NCBI RefSeq assembly: GCF_000002075.1
Contig: NW_004797447.1
Span: forward strand, 646,005-710,004
Direction of reading: 5' to 3'
Length of the DNA: 64,000 nt
Source: Aplysia californica
Taxonomy: Eukaryota
The notes under the pieces are model-generated. The model was given only the letters and a program-made list of their open reading frames with translations. It made no database searches and was not told the origin of the DNA. Positions 63,167 through 64,000 of the stretch are shown here, piece after piece. Each line of letters opens with the position of its first letter. Within the stretch, counting starts at the first letter, position 1. The position numbers were made by a program, and so were the translations under genes.

Positions 63167-64000
63167 CTAGATAAATGAGGAAAATGAGTTTCCGTTTTCA
63201 TATGACAGGCAAAAAGAACTGGAAAATAGTCTTAAAAACATAAAAAGGGATAAATGAAAAAGAAAGATAGACATGATTATAAATTATCAGCCAGTGATAT
63301 GTCATAATCGTAACGATCCTGCTGAAGGGCACACTCTACTTCTTAGCACCAAAATCTACAATTAAGTGGTTTTCACTTGTTTTTTATCATTTTCTCAAAG
63401 TATTCCTTTCAAGGATTAAAAACAATCAGTTTTGGGAATCATAACCGGTTACATAATCATGGAAATAGCAAATTAGAGTGAAATCGGGCTATCCGAAGAA
63501 CAATTTTCGAAAGTTAAAACCTCAAAAACAATCCATGCTATCTATGAACTAATTACAGACATATTTGTAATTTGCACCCAAACTTTAGGAAAATGACGCT
63601 AGCTTTTCTTGAAATTGTAAATATTAAAAGTTTTATAACTTTTAGAAGATGTGCATATTAGTAAATGACAAAAACGGTCAAAATAGCAAAGTAAAAAAAT
63701 CATTTTAAATATTTTTCTTCAAAAATTATAAAAAAGCTAGCGTCACTTTAGTTGGAATTGCATGGTGCACTTACTCTTCAAATTTCGTGTCTTTATCTCG
63801 AACGGATTTTTAGTTTTTAGCTTTTAAAGCCAAGAAATTAACACTTTGAGACTTTGAGGAAGGGAGCAAAAACATCTCAAAATTGCTTTATAGCATTGTA
63901 TTGGCTAACGGGTCAAACTTTATGGAGCTATCTCTTTGAAATAGGACTTTGGGAGTACTTCCATCTGACTTAGCACATCATTTTCAAGGGAAATTTCTTA

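Overview
Repeat-rich, AT-rich eukaryotic (animal) genomic DNA with many N gaps and microsatellites; a gastropod mollusc is plausible but inferred only. Most ORF-track entries are spurious. Two convergent genes are supported. (1) An intronless class A peptide GPCR of the myosuppressin-receptor/dmsr/sex-peptide-receptor-like group, + strand 12603-14213, with a splice acceptor and two short uORFs upstream. (2) The last 13 coding exons of a minus-strand gene (63166 down to 39118) that I spliced by hand. All 12 introns are GT-AG and phase-compatible, giving about 601 aa: two tandem, catalytically degenerate tyrosine-kinase-like domains, a Tyr-motif linker containing a 19-nt microexon, and a C-terminal ESDV class I PDZ ligand. 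Its 5' end lies beyond the window. This double pseudokinase is the best candidate for something undescribed. The rest is a dense, partly nested set of mobile elements: TA- and TTAA-flanked MITEs, a 1.66-kb TIR element in two copies, a 3.9-kb TIR element holding an 840-bp foldback array, tRNA-derived SINEs, a Rex/Babar-like LINE fragment inserted in a SINE head, and a young RNase H-bearing LINE fragment with a perfect 14-bp TSD. No rRNA, intact tRNA or CRISPR array was seen.
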